Under the pieces are notes generated by a model that saw only the letters and a list, made by a program, of their open reading frames with translations, made no database searches and had not been told where the DNA came from. A stretch of DNA of 64,000 bases from Lytechinus pictus (taxonomy: Eukaryota), in the NCBI RefSeq assembly GCF_037042905.1, contig NC_087250.1, forward strand, positions 19,036,001-19,100,000. The letters are read 5' to 3'. A program made the position numbers and the translations under genes. Position 1 is the first letter of the stretch. Every line of letters begins with the position of its first letter. Below are positions 61,627 through 64,000 of this stretch, piece by piece.

Positions 61627-62155
61627 TAACTTCTGTTAAAACGGTTGTCACAATAGATGAAAGTTCATGCCTGTAATGGTTGTTTGAACAGCATTTAAAG
61701 GTCAAGTCCATCCCAGAAAATGACGATTTGAATAGAGAATAATCAAACAAACATGATGCTGAAAATTTCATCAAAATTGGATGTGAAATAAGAAAGTTAT
61801 GACATTTTTAAGTTTCGCTTATTTTTCACAACACAGTGATACATGTAAGCACAACTTACAACAACAGTGACATGCAAATGAGAGTCGATGATGCTCCTCA
61901 CTATTTCGTTTTTTTTTTTATTGTTTGAATTATACAATATTTCATTTTTTAAAGATTTGACAATAAGGACCAACTTCATTGAACCGTAAAGTATTAAACA
62001 ATGTTAATTGCACGTGTTCAGGGATGAATTAATTGTTGTTTCACACGACAACAGGGATGCATAAGTACATGAAGATGCTTTTTTTTCCATGTGTGATTCC
62101 AGTGAAATACAATGATTTTATTGACATTCTTTATTCTCTTTGTTGTTCTATACAG

Positions 62156-62233
62156 TCAACCAATTCTCATCCAACTAATGACGAGCTTCGAGAGTCTGCT
62201 GAAAAACTGCACATTCCTTCATCCCTATCAAAG
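62156..62233 (+). CDS. THAP gene exon 3
   Basis: tacag / gtttgt, 78 nt, phase 0/0, STNSHPTNDELRESAEKLHIPSSLSK. Confidence 0.7.
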
Positions 62234-62717
62234 GTTTGTCTTTAAAAAAAAACAATAAGCAGTGTATGTACACTAAATTCCTAGTTCAATGGAAATTTCA
62301 GTTATTTGAGAATTGTAATGAGAAAGGTAAAAATTGTGTCATGATATCATGTTACAGTTGTCTGTATTATATTTCTTTGTTGTTGTAGCATATAAAAGAT
62401 GGGTTTTTTTTGCATTGCACCATTACTATTATTAGGAGCTTTATCACTTTCACAGTTCATTGTTTATTCATATTTTTGCCACATTCAATTCCTAGTTCAA
62501 TGGAAATTTCAGTTATTTGAGATATGTGATGAGAAAGGTAAAAAAATGTGTCATGATATCATGTTACAGTTGTCTGTATCATGTATCATATTTCTTTGTT
62601 GTTGTAGCATATACAAAATTGTTTTTTTTTGCATTGCACCATTACTATTATTAGTAGCCTATCACTTTCACAGTTCATTGTTTATTCATATTTTTTTCCA
62701 CATTTTAAATACTACAG

Positions 62718-62795
62718 CCAACACAATCTTATCCAGCCCGTAGCAAGCGTGAACTTACTAGCGATGAAGAACTCACTCCTTCATTCCCTATAAAG
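62718..62795 (+). CDS. THAP gene exon 4
   Basis: tacag / gtaaaa, 78 nt, phase 0/0, PTQSYPARSKRELTSDEELTPSFPIK. Confidence 0.7.
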
Positions 62796-63083
62796 GTAAA
62801 ACTTCTTATCAGTGTACACGCTCTTGAATTAATATAAAGTGGACTAATTCAAAGAAGGGGGGAGGGGGTCTTCTGAGGTGAGGTTAGAACATTGAATACT
62901 TTATTACCAAATTATTATTGTCGTAAGGGAGAATCGGTTGGGTACCAGAAAGATGCTCCTGTACTAAAGCTTATCTGTTATTAACCAGCTTCATATTAGA
63001 AATGTGACACTTTGCAGTGTAGCTTGTCAAAATCAATTTTATAATTGAATGATCTAACATGTACTTTATTGTAATCCTTACAG

Positions 63084-63158
63084 GACCACCTTTCGCTACA
63101 ATCTCGGCCTCGTAAGAAGCGCAGACGAGGATCTAAAAAGAAGATGTGCTCCGATAAG
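63084..63158 (+). CDS. THAP gene exon 5 with a basic NLS-like motif
   Basis: ttacag / gtaata, 75 nt, phase 0/0, DHLSLQSRPRKKRRRGSKKKMCSDK. Confidence 0.72.
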
Positions 63159-63987
63159 GTAATATTCCCTTAATTTTAATTATGTTGACTAATAAAATGT
63201 TTGATGGAATCACAAGGGAAAATAAACTAATTTTCTTCAGTAATTTCCATGTGGAATCATATTTCAAATTGGAATTCTTACATGAATGTGTCTTAATTGG
63301 ATTCATTTTCAAAAGTTACATTCTGGGGTAATATTTTCATACAATTTGTTTTCAGAGAGCATAGAATTTAGTTATTATAGTAAGACATTCTCTGTCCAAA
63401 AGAGCACTTGGATTTCATCAATGTGCTGAAGTACACTTGGATAGTGATTAACCACACATTTAATGAACATCCTTGGTTTTCTGTCAAAAGAGCTGAGCAA
63501 ATTGTGAGTTTGTTGGGAATGCAACATCATGATTTGAATATTTATATCAAATTTAATTATCTATGAAGACATGATTGAAATAAATTGAATAAAGAGAATT
63601 TCTGGCATTCATTATACTTGTACGTGTGCACAAGTTTCCTCCCGCATTAAAATGATCTGAATGGTGGAACTGTGGGCAATTTTTCTAAAATTTTACCTCT
63701 AAATTTTGTTGATTCAATAAAAGAATATATCTATCTTAGTAATTGCTATATGTTTTTGTTACTTTATTTTTGTATGATAACATCAATAATTATAATTGTT
63801 AGTATAATATTAGTGATAGAAGTATTAGCATTGCTGCTGCTACTATTACTAATATTGGCAGCTATTTTTAATAACTTTTAATTATCAACATCATTGTAAA
63901 TAGTACGTTCAGAGTTTGTGCTATTGTTATCTTGATTATTAGTTTACAAGTTTAGGGAACTAATCTATGATTCCATTTTCTTTTCAG

Positions 63988-64000
63988 GAAAGAACCTTCC
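63988..64000 (+). CDS. Probable start of THAP gene exon 6 (runs off the window)
   Basis: Strong acceptor ttttcttttcag. Only 13 nt are visible. Confidence 0.45.

Larger units (their letters stand above)
56130..64000 (+). mobile_element. Putative left part of a Kolobok-like DNA transposon hosting the THAP gene
   Basis: TTAA|AGGAGAATGAAACCC interrupts a MITE that starts at about 55897. The THAP ATG is 287 bp downstream. No right end was seen in the window. Confidence 0.5.

Noticed and set aside
63356..63430. Extra THAP exon after ttttcag
   Set aside because: Phase-0 readings hit stop codons and I found no compatible donor.

Overview
AT-rich, intron-containing animal genomic DNA. The repeat types suggest a marine invertebrate, possibly an echinoderm, but that is inference and was not tested. 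Two spliced genes are visible. The first is the last four exons of a caspase (SHG and QACRG motifs; 2045-6295, +). The second is the first six exons of a THAP-domain gene (56417 to beyond the window end, +), which begins about 290 bp inside what looks like a Kolobok-type terminus (TTAA|AGGAGAA). Almost everything else is transposable elements and satellites, and many boundaries can be read from terminal inverted repeats (TIRs) and target-site duplications (TSDs). A Harbinger end is inserted into a Penelope GIY-YIG ORF that is followed by a hammerhead-like motif. A 12.5-kb hAT-like element (20023-32522), loaded with satellite DNA and lacking a recognisable transposase, splits a LINE endonuclease whose frame rejoins exactly. 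A 12.8-kb nest (42672-55455) holds a Kolobok-like MITE, a solo LTR, a SINE and a 9.4-kb CCC-ended CACTA/EnSpm-like element with a possible BEN-like exon. There are also several Helentron-like (HINE) elements and decayed LINEs. No prokaryotic systems or CRISPR arrays are present. All superfamily assignments rest on termini, TSDs and recalled motifs, with no database search.
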